Source of the DNA: Acidobacteriota bacterium
GTDB taxonomy: Bacteria; Acidobacteriota; Vicinamibacteria; Vicinamibacterales; UBA8438
Reading direction: 5' to 3'
NCBI GenBank assembly: GCA_022562495.1
Contig: JADFPE010000001.1
Location: 48,946 to 112,945 of the forward strand
DNA: 64,000 nucleotides
This document shows positions 25,555 to 33,528 of this stretch, piece after piece. The notes under the pieces were generated by a model. It saw nothing but the letters and a program-made list of their open reading frames with translations, was not told the origin of the DNA and did no database searches. Within the stretch, counting starts at the first letter, position 1; each line of letters starts with the position of its first letter. The position numbers and the translations under genes were made by a program.

Positions 25555-26721
25555 ATGGCTGAGTTCAACATCCAGTCGGATTCCGTCGATGTCACGCGGA
25601 TCATGGAGCAGATCCGTCAGCGTATCCAGGAGAAACGCGGCAGGGACTACACCGAGCAACAGATACACGAGCTGGCCACCGTCAAGCTCGAGCGGTTTCT
25701 CGACCCACAGCAGGTACGGTCGGATCTGGTCGAGCACTACCGGCAACTCGAAGCACCGGAGCCGTTGGATCCGACCCCGCACGAGAGTCCGGGGCCAGAG
25801 CCGGAGCGGTTCGATTTCAACGAGGACACGATTTACGCGTCGTCCAGAGGACAGATGGGGAAACTGATCCGCCTGATCCGCAAGCTCTTGAACCCGATCC
25901 TCAAGCTGTTCTTCAACGTGAACTCCGTCGTGTTCGCGCTGTCGCGGCAGTCCGAGATCAACACCTGGACCTTGCAGCTCCTGCAGCAACAGGCCGACCT
26001 CGCCGAGCGTGTGACCACGCGGGCCGGCGCGAAGTTCGCGGCGCGCGAGGAGCTCGATGCCCTGAACTACGAGGTGCTCAACAACCTCGTGGTGGAGATG
26101 ACCCGGCTGTCGGTCGACATGAAGAACCACCGGAGTCTGGTGGAATCGGTTGCTAGCCGACTCGACTTCGACGAGCGGCGGGCACGCGCGCTGGAGTCGG
26201 TGGTCCAGAGTCGGTCCCCGCAACCGCCCCAGAACGCGGATGACGAGAGCACGTCGTCGACCGGGTCTGGCCGGACCCGCCGACGGCGGCGACGGTCGCG
26301 GCGACGGCCCGGTGAGACGGCGACGCCCGACTCGGGAACGCCCACCGCGGCCGCGGCGGGCGCCCAGGGCAACACCGCACAGCCGGCGCCGGACACCTCG
26401 ACGTCCCCAACGGACATGGCTGCGCCGGACATCGTGCCGCGGCCGAACAACGCCGCGGCGCCGGCGTCTACGCCGACCGTGGAACCATCGGCGATACCGC
26501 CGGAGACGACCCCAGCGCCCCCCGCCACTGCTCCGTCTCCAGACCCCGACCCGCGAACACCGCCAGCGGTGCCTCCGGTCGCCAACGCCGGGTCGCCGGA
26601 TCCACCCCCCACGCCACCGACCCAAGGTCCGAGCGATGCCCCCGCGCCGGCAACAGCGCCGGCGACCGAGACGGTCGCGCGGCCGTCCCCCCCAGGAGAC
26701 GCCCGCGCCGACGAGCAGTGA
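25555..26721 (+). CDS. Hypothetical protein: conserved helical N-terminal half, poly-Arg tract and Pro/Thr/Ala-rich tail. It leads the glycosyltransferase block.
   Basis: 388-aa ORF. The N-terminus SVDVTRIMEQIRQRIQEKRG and the later coiled-coil-like region look like a real domain. The tail contains RTRRRRRRSRRRP followed by about 150 aa of P/T/A-rich sequence. Its stop overlaps the next gene's start (GTGA). Confidence 0.6.
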   Translation: MAEFNIQSDSVDVTRIMEQIRQRIQEKRGRDYTEQQIHELATVKLERFLDPQQVRSDLVEHYRQLEAPEPLDPTPHESPGPEPERFDFNEDTIYASSRGQMGKLIRLIRKLLNPILKLFFNVNSVVFALSRQSEINTWTLQLLQQQADLAERVTTRAGAKFAAREELDALNYEVLNNLVVEMTRLSVDMKNHRSLVESVASRLDFDERRARALESVVQSRSPQPPQNADDESTSSTGSGRTRRRRRRSRRRPGETATPDSGTPTAAAAGAQGNTAQPAPDTSTSPTDMAAPDIVPRPNNAAAPASTPTVEPSAIPPETTPAPPATAPSPDPDPRTPPAVPPVANAGSPDPPPTPPTQGPSDAPAPATAPATETVARPSPPGDARADEQ

Positions 26722-28046
26722 AGCTCGCTGTCGTCGTCCAACGCTACGGCGCCGAGCTGAACGGCGGCGCCGAGCAGCATGCCCGGTATGTCGCTGAGCA
26801 CCTCGCGCGACACGCCGAAGTCGAGGTCTTGACGACCTGCGCGACCGACTACATCACGTGGCGCAACGAGCTCAACGCCGGTGTCGAGCGGGTGAACGGC
26901 ATCCCGGTCAGGCGGTTTCCGGTCAGCCGCGAACGCAACGTCGAAGATTTCGGTCGGCGGTCGACGCAGGTCTTCGAGGAGCCGCATTCGGTCGGTGCCG
27001 AGCTGGCGTGGTTGCGCAGCGAGGGACCGACCAGCCCGAGTCTCATCAATCATCTACGTCGGCACGGCGATGCCTACGACTACTGCATCTTCTTCAGCTA
27101 CCGCTACTACCATGCGTATCACGGCATCCGGATGGCGGGCCCACGGGCCGTGCTGGTCCCCACCGCCGAACGTGACCCGGCGCTGGGGCTGCGCATCTTC
27201 GGCGGCAGCTTTCGCCGCGTGCGAGCACTCATGTACAACTCGTACGAAGAGCGGGCGCTGATCAACGCGGTCTCGAACAACGCAGCCGTGCCGGGCGTTG
27301 TGGTGGGCATCGGGTCGGAGGTGCCGGCGCACCCGGAGCCGCAACGCTTTCGCCAGACAACCGGCATCGAGGGCCCCGTGCTGATATACGTCGGTCGGAT
27401 CGATGAGAACAAGGGCTGCCGCGAGCTGTTCGACTACTTTCAGCGCTATCTGCGTCTCTCGCCTCAGCTGACCCTCGTGCTGATCGGGAACACGGTCATG
27501 CCAATTCCCACGCACCCAAGGATTCGGCATCTCGGCTACGTGACCGATCAGGAGAAGTTCGACGCGATGGCGGCGGCCGACCTGCTGGTGATGCCCTCAC
27601 GCTACGAGAGCCTGTCGATGGTGACGCTGGAGGCATGGGCCCTCGGTCGCCCCGTGCTGGCCAACGGCCGCTGCGACGTATTGTGCGGCCAGTGTATCCG
27701 CAGCAACGGTGGACTCTACTACGAGAGCTACGAGGAGTTCGCCGAAACGCTGCACTCGATCGTCTCGAGCAGCGCCCTACGCACCGCGTTGGGCGCGAAC
27801 GGGCGGGCCTACTTCAACGCGCATTACACGTGGCCCGTCATCGAACGGAAGTATCTGGACATGCTCGACCGGTTGAATCGCGAGGACGCCGGGCAAGTGA
27901 CCCGGCCGGAGCCGCTGCCGGGTTGGTTCGGCCGGCGCCGGCGTGATCTACCGCCCGGCCGCCAGGTCGTGGACCGGCTCCCCACGGGGCCGGCGCCACG
28001 CGCCGGCTGCACCCAGGATGCCGGGCCTTCAGCAAGCGACGCATGA
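26718..28046 (+). CDS. Glycosyltransferase (GT-B fold, GT4-like), paralog type A
   Basis: MKLAVVVQRYGAELNGGAEQH N-terminus and C-terminal donor-binding region VMPSRYESLSMVTLEAWALGRPVLAN. Confidence 0.85.
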   Translation: MKLAVVVQRYGAELNGGAEQHARYVAEHLARHAEVEVLTTCATDYITWRNELNAGVERVNGIPVRRFPVSRERNVEDFGRRSTQVFEEPHSVGAELAWLRSEGPTSPSLINHLRRHGDAYDYCIFFSYRYYHAYHGIRMAGPRAVLVPTAERDPALGLRIFGGSFRRVRALMYNSYEERALINAVSNNAAVPGVVVGIGSEVPAHPEPQRFRQTTGIEGPVLIYVGRIDENKGCRELFDYFQRYLRLSPQLTLVLIGNTVMPIPTHPRIRHLGYVTDQEKFDAMAAADLLVMPSRYESLSMVTLEAWALGRPVLANGRCDVLCGQCIRSNGGLYYESYEEFAETLHSIVSSSALRTALGANGRAYFNAHYTWPVIERKYLDMLDRLNREDAGQVTRPEPLPGWFGRRRRDLPPGRQVVDRLPTGPAPRAGCTQDAGPSASDA

Positions 28047-29278
28047 CTGCGGGGTCTTCATCGACGCGTCCCGCGGTACATCAGGTCCTGGCCACGCTCG
28101 GCTATGGTGACGCCATCGGCAACGAGGTGCTTGGCATCCGCGCCGTGCTACGCACGGCCGGCTACGCATCCGAGATCTTCGTCGAGACCGCCGACCCGCG
28201 GCTGGAGCCGCTTACCCGCGACTATCGGGATCTGATCGATGCCTCACACCCCGACAACATTCTCATCCACCATTTTTCGATCGGGTCCCGGGCATCGCGG
28301 ATCGCCTACGCCCTCGCGGACCGGATGGTGCTCGTCTATCACAACATCACGCCCCCCGAGTACTTCGTCGGGGTGCACAAGGACCTCGTGCGGCAGTGCT
28401 ACAGCGGCCGACGCGAGCTGCTCGCCTACGTGAACCGGTGCGACCTGGCGCTGGGCGACTCGGAGTTCAACCGCCAGGAGCTCGAGCAGTTCGGGTTCCC
28501 GCGTACGGGTGTGCTCCCGGTCGTCCCGAGCTTTGCCCACCTGGACACGACACCGGACCGCACCCTGGTCTCGGAGTTCGACGACGAACGGATCAACATC
28601 CTGTTCGTCGGTCGCATTATCCCGAACAAGCGGATCGAGGACGTCATCCGCTGCTACCAGGCGTATCGGGTCATGCATCAGCCCCACGTCCGGCTGCTGC
28701 TGGTGGGCGCCTACGGCGGGTTCGAGTCGTATCTCGCCACACTCCATCACCTGATCGCGACCCTGCACGTGCCGGATGTGCATATCATGGGTCACGTCTC
28801 GAACGCCGAGCTGACCGCGTGCTACGACGTGGCAGACCTGTTCCTGTCGGCGAGCGAGCACGAGGGCTTTTGCGTGCCGCTCGTCGAGGCGTTCCACAAA
28901 CGGATACCGGTGCTCGCCTACGCCGCGGCGGCGGTGCCCGCGACGATGGACGGCGCGGGTGTCCTGTACGAAACGAAGGACCCCAGACATGTCGCCGCGA
29001 TCATGGACACGGTGCTCTCGAACCCTGCGCTCGAGTCGGAGATCGTGCGGAGCCAAGACGCGGCGTTGGACCGGCTCCTGGCGCGGGACTTCGGCGGGCT
29101 CCTGTTGGATGTCGTCGACCAGGTGACCCGATCTCCTCGGCTCCCACGCGCCGAGGTGCGGTGGGACTTCTGGCAGCGGTTCGCGGAATGGGAACGCCTG
29201 GAGGAGCTGCGTCTCTACCGCCCGTCCGCCTACAAGGCGCTGCCCTTCGCGCCCGGAGAGCGCGGCGAGAACCCGTAA
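28043..29278 (+). CDS. Glycosyltransferase (GT-B fold, GT4-like), paralog type B
   Basis: ILFVGRIIPNKRIED and LSASEHEGFCVPLVEAFHKRIPVLAY (E-x7-E region). The start overlaps the upstream stop. Confidence 0.85.
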   Translation: MTAGSSSTRPAVHQVLATLGYGDAIGNEVLGIRAVLRTAGYASEIFVETADPRLEPLTRDYRDLIDASHPDNILIHHFSIGSRASRIAYALADRMVLVYHNITPPEYFVGVHKDLVRQCYSGRRELLAYVNRCDLALGDSEFNRQELEQFGFPRTGVLPVVPSFAHLDTTPDRTLVSEFDDERINILFVGRIIPNKRIEDVIRCYQAYRVMHQPHVRLLLVGAYGGFESYLATLHHLIATLHVPDVHIMGHVSNAELTACYDVADLFLSASEHEGFCVPLVEAFHKRIPVLAYAAAAVPATMDGAGVLYETKDPRHVAAIMDTVLSNPALESEIVRSQDAALDRLLARDFGGLLLDVVDQVTRSPRLPRAEVRWDFWQRFAEWERLEELRLYRPSAYKALPFAPGERGENP

Positions 29279-29335
29279 GGAATGGCTCCGCGCTTCGGAC
29301 CTCGTCTAGTAGGATGCTGAGAAACGACAGGGATC

Positions 29336-29442
29336 GGTTTTCGGAGCGCGGCGCCCGGCTGGCAAGGCGCGAGGAGGGAGCAGCCAGGCGGGCTGTGACC
29401 GACGAAGCAACGCCGCCAGGCGGGACGCCCCGTCCGAAAACC
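29336..29442. repeat. Conserved structured module, copy A2, closed by a different 10-bp stem
   Basis: GGTTTTCGGA (29336-29345) and TCCGAAAACC (29433-29442) enclose GGCGCCCGGCTGGCAAGGCGCGAGGAGGGAGCA...CAACGCCGCCAGGCGGGACGCC, which is homologous to A1 and A3. Confidence 0.75.
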
Positions 29443-29447
29443 AGGCC

Positions 29448-30512
29448 ATGGTGATCAACCAGTGGCTGCCGGCCGCCCATCGCGGCGACGCGGTGGGAGA
29501 CAGCGCTCGTCGTGTGCGCAGGTTGCTGCGCGCACGAGGCCACGACTCGGACGTCTACGCCCTGACCATCGATGACGACCTGCGCGGGGAGATCCGCGCC
29601 TTCTCAGACCCGGCGGCACGGCAGGGCGATGTCACGATCCTGCACTTCGCGATCGCCTCGCCGATGAGCGACGCGCTGGCGTCCCTGCCGGCCGGGAGGG
29701 TCATCCAGTATCACAACATCACACCGGCGCATTTCTTTGCCGGCTACGACGCCGGGATCGTTGCCCTGGTGACCCGTGGGCGCCAGGAACTGGCCGGTCT
29801 GGCCGGACAGGTCGACCTGGCGTTGGGCGACTCCGAGTACAACCGGCAGGAGCTCGAGACCCTCGGGTTCGCCACGACCGCCGTGTTTCCGATCGCGGTG
29901 AACACGGCGCGTTTGACCGAGGCGCCGCCGCGCCCGGCGCTCGAACGGGTGTTACGCGACGGGCTGACCAACATCCTCTTCGTGGGGCGCATCGCCCCGA
30001 ACAAGAAGCTCGAGGACCACCTGCGGCTCGCGGAGCACTACAAGCGGTATGTCGACCCGTTTCACCGGTTCATCTTCGTGGGCCGGGAAGACGCCTGCCC
30101 CCGTTACTACGCGATGCTCCGTGCCCTGATGACCCGATATCGAATGACAAGCGAACGGTTCTGGTTCGTCGGTTCGGTGCCGGATGCGGACCTGGCAGTG
30201 TTCTATCGGACCGCGAGCGCCTATGTGTCTCTGAGCGAGCACGAGGGGTTCTGTGTCCCGTTGCTCGAGGCGATGGCCACCGGCGTGCCGGTGCTGGCGT
30301 ATGCCTCGACGGCGGTTCCGGAAACGCTCGGTGGTGCCGGTATCACGTTCTCGCCAAAGGACTTGGAGCATGCAGCGGAGATGCTCGGACTCCTGGTGTA
30401 CGATGAGAGTTTGCGCGCGGACATTCTCGAGGGTCAGCGACGCCGATTGACGGATTTCACCGACTCTCGGTTCGACACCCACCTCGACCGGCTCGTGGCG
30501 CATTTCTCGTAG
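29448..30512 (+). CDS. Glycosyltransferase (GT-B fold, GT4-like), paralog type B-prime
   Basis: ILFVGRIAPNKKLED and LSEHEGFCVPLLEAMATGVPVLAY. Clearly paralogous to 28043-29278. Confidence 0.85.
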   Translation: MVINQWLPAAHRGDAVGDSARRVRRLLRARGHDSDVYALTIDDDLRGEIRAFSDPAARQGDVTILHFAIASPMSDALASLPAGRVIQYHNITPAHFFAGYDAGIVALVTRGRQELAGLAGQVDLALGDSEYNRQELETLGFATTAVFPIAVNTARLTEAPPRPALERVLRDGLTNILFVGRIAPNKKLEDHLRLAEHYKRYVDPFHRFIFVGREDACPRYYAMLRALMTRYRMTSERFWFVGSVPDADLAVFYRTASAYVSLSEHEGFCVPLLEAMATGVPVLAYASTAVPETLGGAGITFSPKDLEHAAEMLGLLVYDESLRADILEGQRRRLTDFTDSRFDTHLDRLVAHFS

Positions 30513-30574
30513 GACGGAACGAATGGGAGATCCACCCGATGCATGATTGTGCAGACACGTGCTCTGACGTAGAC

Positions 30575-30628
30575 GCTGGCGAAGCCCACCGGCCGTCTCC
30601 TGTCTCCTGTCTCCTGTCTCCCGACTCC
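30575..30628 (-). repeat. Heptamer array plus hairpin unit (reverse orientation) between two glycosyltransferase genes
   Basis: GCTGGCGAAGCCCACCGGC followed by CGTCTCCTGTCTCCTGTCTCCTGTCTCCCGACTCC, i.e. (CCTGTCT)n. Confidence 0.85.
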
Positions 30629-30651
30629 GGTAGAGCGTCCTTCTAGATCCC

Positions 30652-31992
30652 GTGAAGATCGCGTTCATCGTCCAACGCTACGGCGCCGAGATACTCGGCG
30701 GCTCCGAATATCACTGCCGGTTGATCGCGGAGCGGCTCGCCGGCCGGCATCAGGTGGAGGTGCTGACCACCTGCGCGCGCGACTACATCACCTGGAAGAA
30801 CGAGTATCCGGAGGGCGCGGACCGGATCCGCGGTGTGACCGTGCGACGCTTCGCGAACGACCGCACGCGGGACCTGGCGTCGTTCAACGAGTACTCCGAC
30901 TGGATCTTTCACCACGACCATTCGTCGGCGGACGAGGAGGAATGGTTGAGACGACAAGGGCCGTGGTGCCCGGGCCTGCTCGCGTATCTCGACCAGCACC
31001 ACCGGTCGTATGACGCGCTGATCTTCTTCACGTATCTGTATGCGCCGACGGTCCTCGGGCTGCGGGTGGACCCGGCCCGCAGCATCTTGGTGCCAACGGC
31101 GCACGACGAGCCGGCGATCCGACTCGGTCTCTACCGGGAGGTGTTCTCGCTTCCGGCCGGAATCGCCTACAACACGAACGTGGAGCGTGGGTTTCTCAGG
31201 CAGCTGTTCTCGATCGGCGCGAAGATCGAGGAGACGGTGGGCTGCGGCGTCGAGCTGCCCCCGTCGCACCTGCACGACCTGCCGACGAGCACGCCGGACA
31301 CCTCGACAGACGGCGCCGATCAGACTGACCAACCGGAGCGGGAGGAGGCGGACGACAACGGCGCGCTCGGCTCGCCGCTGTCCGCTCGTGGCGCCGTGTT
31401 CCGGCGACGGCACCGTCTGTACGGCCCGTTCGCGCTCTACGGCGGACGGATCGACCCCGGAAAGGGCTGCGAGGAGCTGCTCGATTACTTCCACAGCTAC
31501 GCCGAGTCGGACGGTGACGCGTCTCTGGTGCTGATGGGACTCAAGCTGATGCCGATTCCCGACGCGCCCCACCTGCGGTTTGCCGGCATGCTGTCGGAAG
31601 TGGAGCGGCTCGAGGCGCTCGAGGCGGCCACGGTGGTGGTGGTGCCGTCACCCTTCGAGAGTCTGTCGCTGCTGGCCCTAGAGGCGTTTTCCGTGGGCAC
31701 ACCGGTGCTCGCCAATGCTCGCAGCGACGTGCTGACGGACCACTGTCAACGCAGCAACGGCGGTCTGTATTACAGCAACCGCGACGAATTCCGGGAGTGC
31801 CTGCGGTTGCTGATCCACAACGCCCCCCTGCGTGCCGCCATGGGACGTCAGGGACGCGACTACGTGCGTACCCACTACCGGTGGGACGCCATAATCGGCA
31901 AGTACGACCGGCTCATGTCCGGCTTGCAGCGCTCGCGGCCGGTCGGACGCAACCGGCGCGCCGGACGCCGCCGCGGTGGGGGGAAGACCTAG
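30652..31992 (+). CDS. Glycosyltransferase (GT-B fold, GT4-like), paralog type A-prime
   Basis: MKIAFIVQRYGAEILGGSEYH and VVPSPFESLSLLALEAFSVGTPVLAN. Paralogous to 26718-28046, with an extra acidic Ser/Thr-rich insertion (TSTPDTSTDGADQTDQPEREEADD). Confidence 0.85.
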   Translation: MKIAFIVQRYGAEILGGSEYHCRLIAERLAGRHQVEVLTTCARDYITWKNEYPEGADRIRGVTVRRFANDRTRDLASFNEYSDWIFHHDHSSADEEEWLRRQGPWCPGLLAYLDQHHRSYDALIFFTYLYAPTVLGLRVDPARSILVPTAHDEPAIRLGLYREVFSLPAGIAYNTNVERGFLRQLFSIGAKIEETVGCGVELPPSHLHDLPTSTPDTSTDGADQTDQPEREEADDNGALGSPLSARGAVFRRRHRLYGPFALYGGRIDPGKGCEELLDYFHSYAESDGDASLVLMGLKLMPIPDAPHLRFAGMLSEVERLEALEAATVVVVPSPFESLSLLALEAFSVGTPVLANARSDVLTDHCQRSNGGLYYSNRDEFRECLRLLIHNAPLRAAMGRQGRDYVRTHYRWDAIIGKYDRLMSGLQRSRPVGRNRRAGRRRGGGKT

Positions 31993-32019
31993 CCGTCCGT
32001 GGTGACGGGACGCCGATCC

Positions 32020-33417
32020 TCACCCGCTGCCCCGTTTCCGTCGCGGCCGGATTTCGTGGCGCCTGATCATCTCGTTGAGTGTCGTCGGCTTGACCCGGAG
32101 CATCTCGGCGGCCCGCTTCTGAACCCCGCCCGCCGCGACGAGCGTCCGCTCGATGAGCTGAGTCTCGAAGGCGGCGGTGACCTCCTTGAACGAGATCCCC
32201 TCCGGCGGCATCACGAACTGCGGAATCTGGAACGGTCGTGACGTCCGGACCGTGTCCGGAATCAGCTCGACGCCAATCCGGGTGCCAGTGGCCAGCACGA
32301 CCGCCCGCTCGATGACATTCTCGAGCTCACGCACGTTGCCGGGCCAGTCGTACTGCTCCATCAGGTCGAGGGCGTCCGGTGTCAGCTCCAGATGCCTATC
32401 GTTCTCGAGTCCATACTTCTCGAGGAAGTGCTGGGCCAGCAACCGGATGTCCTCGCGCCGATCGCGGAGCGGCGGCAGCTCCACTTTGATGACGTGGAGC
32501 CGGTAGTACAGGTCCTCCCGGAAGCGGCCGTCCGCCACCCTGCTCTTCAAGTCCACGTTGGTGGCCGCGATGATGCGCACATCGACCTTGACCGTGTCGA
32601 CACCGCCCAGCCGCATGAACTCCCGCTCCTGCATCACCCGCAACAGCTTCGCCTGGGTCTCCACCGGCACGCTTCCGATCTCGTCGAAGAAAATCGTGCC
32701 CTTGTCGGCGATCTCGAACAGCCCCTTCTTGGGCGCGATGGCCCCGGTGAACGCGCCCTTGAGATGACCGAACAGGTGCGATTCGAGCAGATCCGGCGGG
32801 AGGCTGCCGGAGTTCACGGTCACGAACGGGCGCTCGGCACGAGTCGACTTGTCGTGCAACGCGCGTGCTACCAGCTCCTTCCCGGTTCCGCTCTCCCCCT
32901 GCACCAGGATAGTGGCGCGGCTTGGTGCGGCCTGGACGATCAACTCGAAGACCTGCCGCATCCGCCGGCTGCGACCGATGATGTCACTGAACTCGTGGGA
33001 CTGCGCGCGCAGACTCTCGCGCAGAGTGCGGTTCTCGATCACCAGCCGCCGGCGCTCGGCGGCGTTGCGGACGACGACCAGCACCTCCTCGTTCTTGAAC
33101 GGCTTGGTCACGTAGTCGAAGGCGCCGCGCTTCATCGCGGCGATCGCGTTCTCGACCGACGCGAAGGCGGTGATCAGAATGACCGGCAGATCTTTGTCGA
33201 GCTTCAGCAACTCGTCCAGGGTCTCGATCCCGCCGATCCCGGGCATCATGACGTCGACGATCGCGACGTCAAAGGATTGTGCGTGCGCCAGCGCCAGCCC
33301 GTCTTCACCGGACGACGCCAGCGACACGTGACAGCCCTCACGCTCGAGGAGCGTCTGCAGGATCTCCCGCATGATTTCCTCGTCGTCGATGACTAACACG
33401 GACGCGTTGCGTAGCAT
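32020..33417 (-). CDS. Sigma-54-dependent response regulator (NtrC family)
   Basis: Receiver domain (VLVIDDEE...VDVMMPG), AAA+ domain with GESGTGKELVARALH and GAFTGA, and C-terminal HTH AAEMLRVKPTTLNEMIRRH. Start set at ATG 33417. Confidence 0.9.
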   Translation of the reverse strand: MLRNASVLVIDDEEIMREILQTLLEREGCHVSLASSGEDGLALAHAQSFDVAIVDVMMPGIGGIETLDELLKLDKDLPVILITAFASVENAIAAMKRGAFDYVTKPFKNEEVLVVVRNAAERRRLVIENRTLRESLRAQSHEFSDIIGRSRRMRQVFELIVQAAPSRATILVQGESGTGKELVARALHDKSTRAERPFVTVNSGSLPPDLLESHLFGHLKGAFTGAIAPKKGLFEIADKGTIFFDEIGSVPVETQAKLLRVMQEREFMRLGGVDTVKVDVRIIAATNVDLKSRVADGRFREDLYYRLHVIKVELPPLRDRREDIRLLAQHFLEKYGLENDRHLELTPDALDLMEQYDWPGNVRELENVIERAVVLATGTRIGVELIPDTVRTSRPFQIPQFVMPPEGISFKEVTAAFETQLIERTLVAAGGVQKRAAEMLRVKPTTLNEMIRRHEIRPRRKRGSG

Positions 33418-33528
33418 CGGCCTCCTCGTCCTCGGCGAGTGTCTAGCGAAGCTCCATCTCAGACCGTCCCGACCCGGCTGGCTCCGCCTCGCTAGCCGAG
33501 CGTGTCTCACCGCCCCGCGACGCGGGGG

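Noticed and set aside
26200-26700. Pro/Thr/Ala-rich, Arg-rich region as a noncoding DNA repeat or misassembly.
   Set aside because: At nucleotide level it is not a tandem repeat. It stays in frame with a well-formed N-terminal domain and ends in a stop/start overlap with the next gene. I therefore treat it as a coding low-complexity tail.
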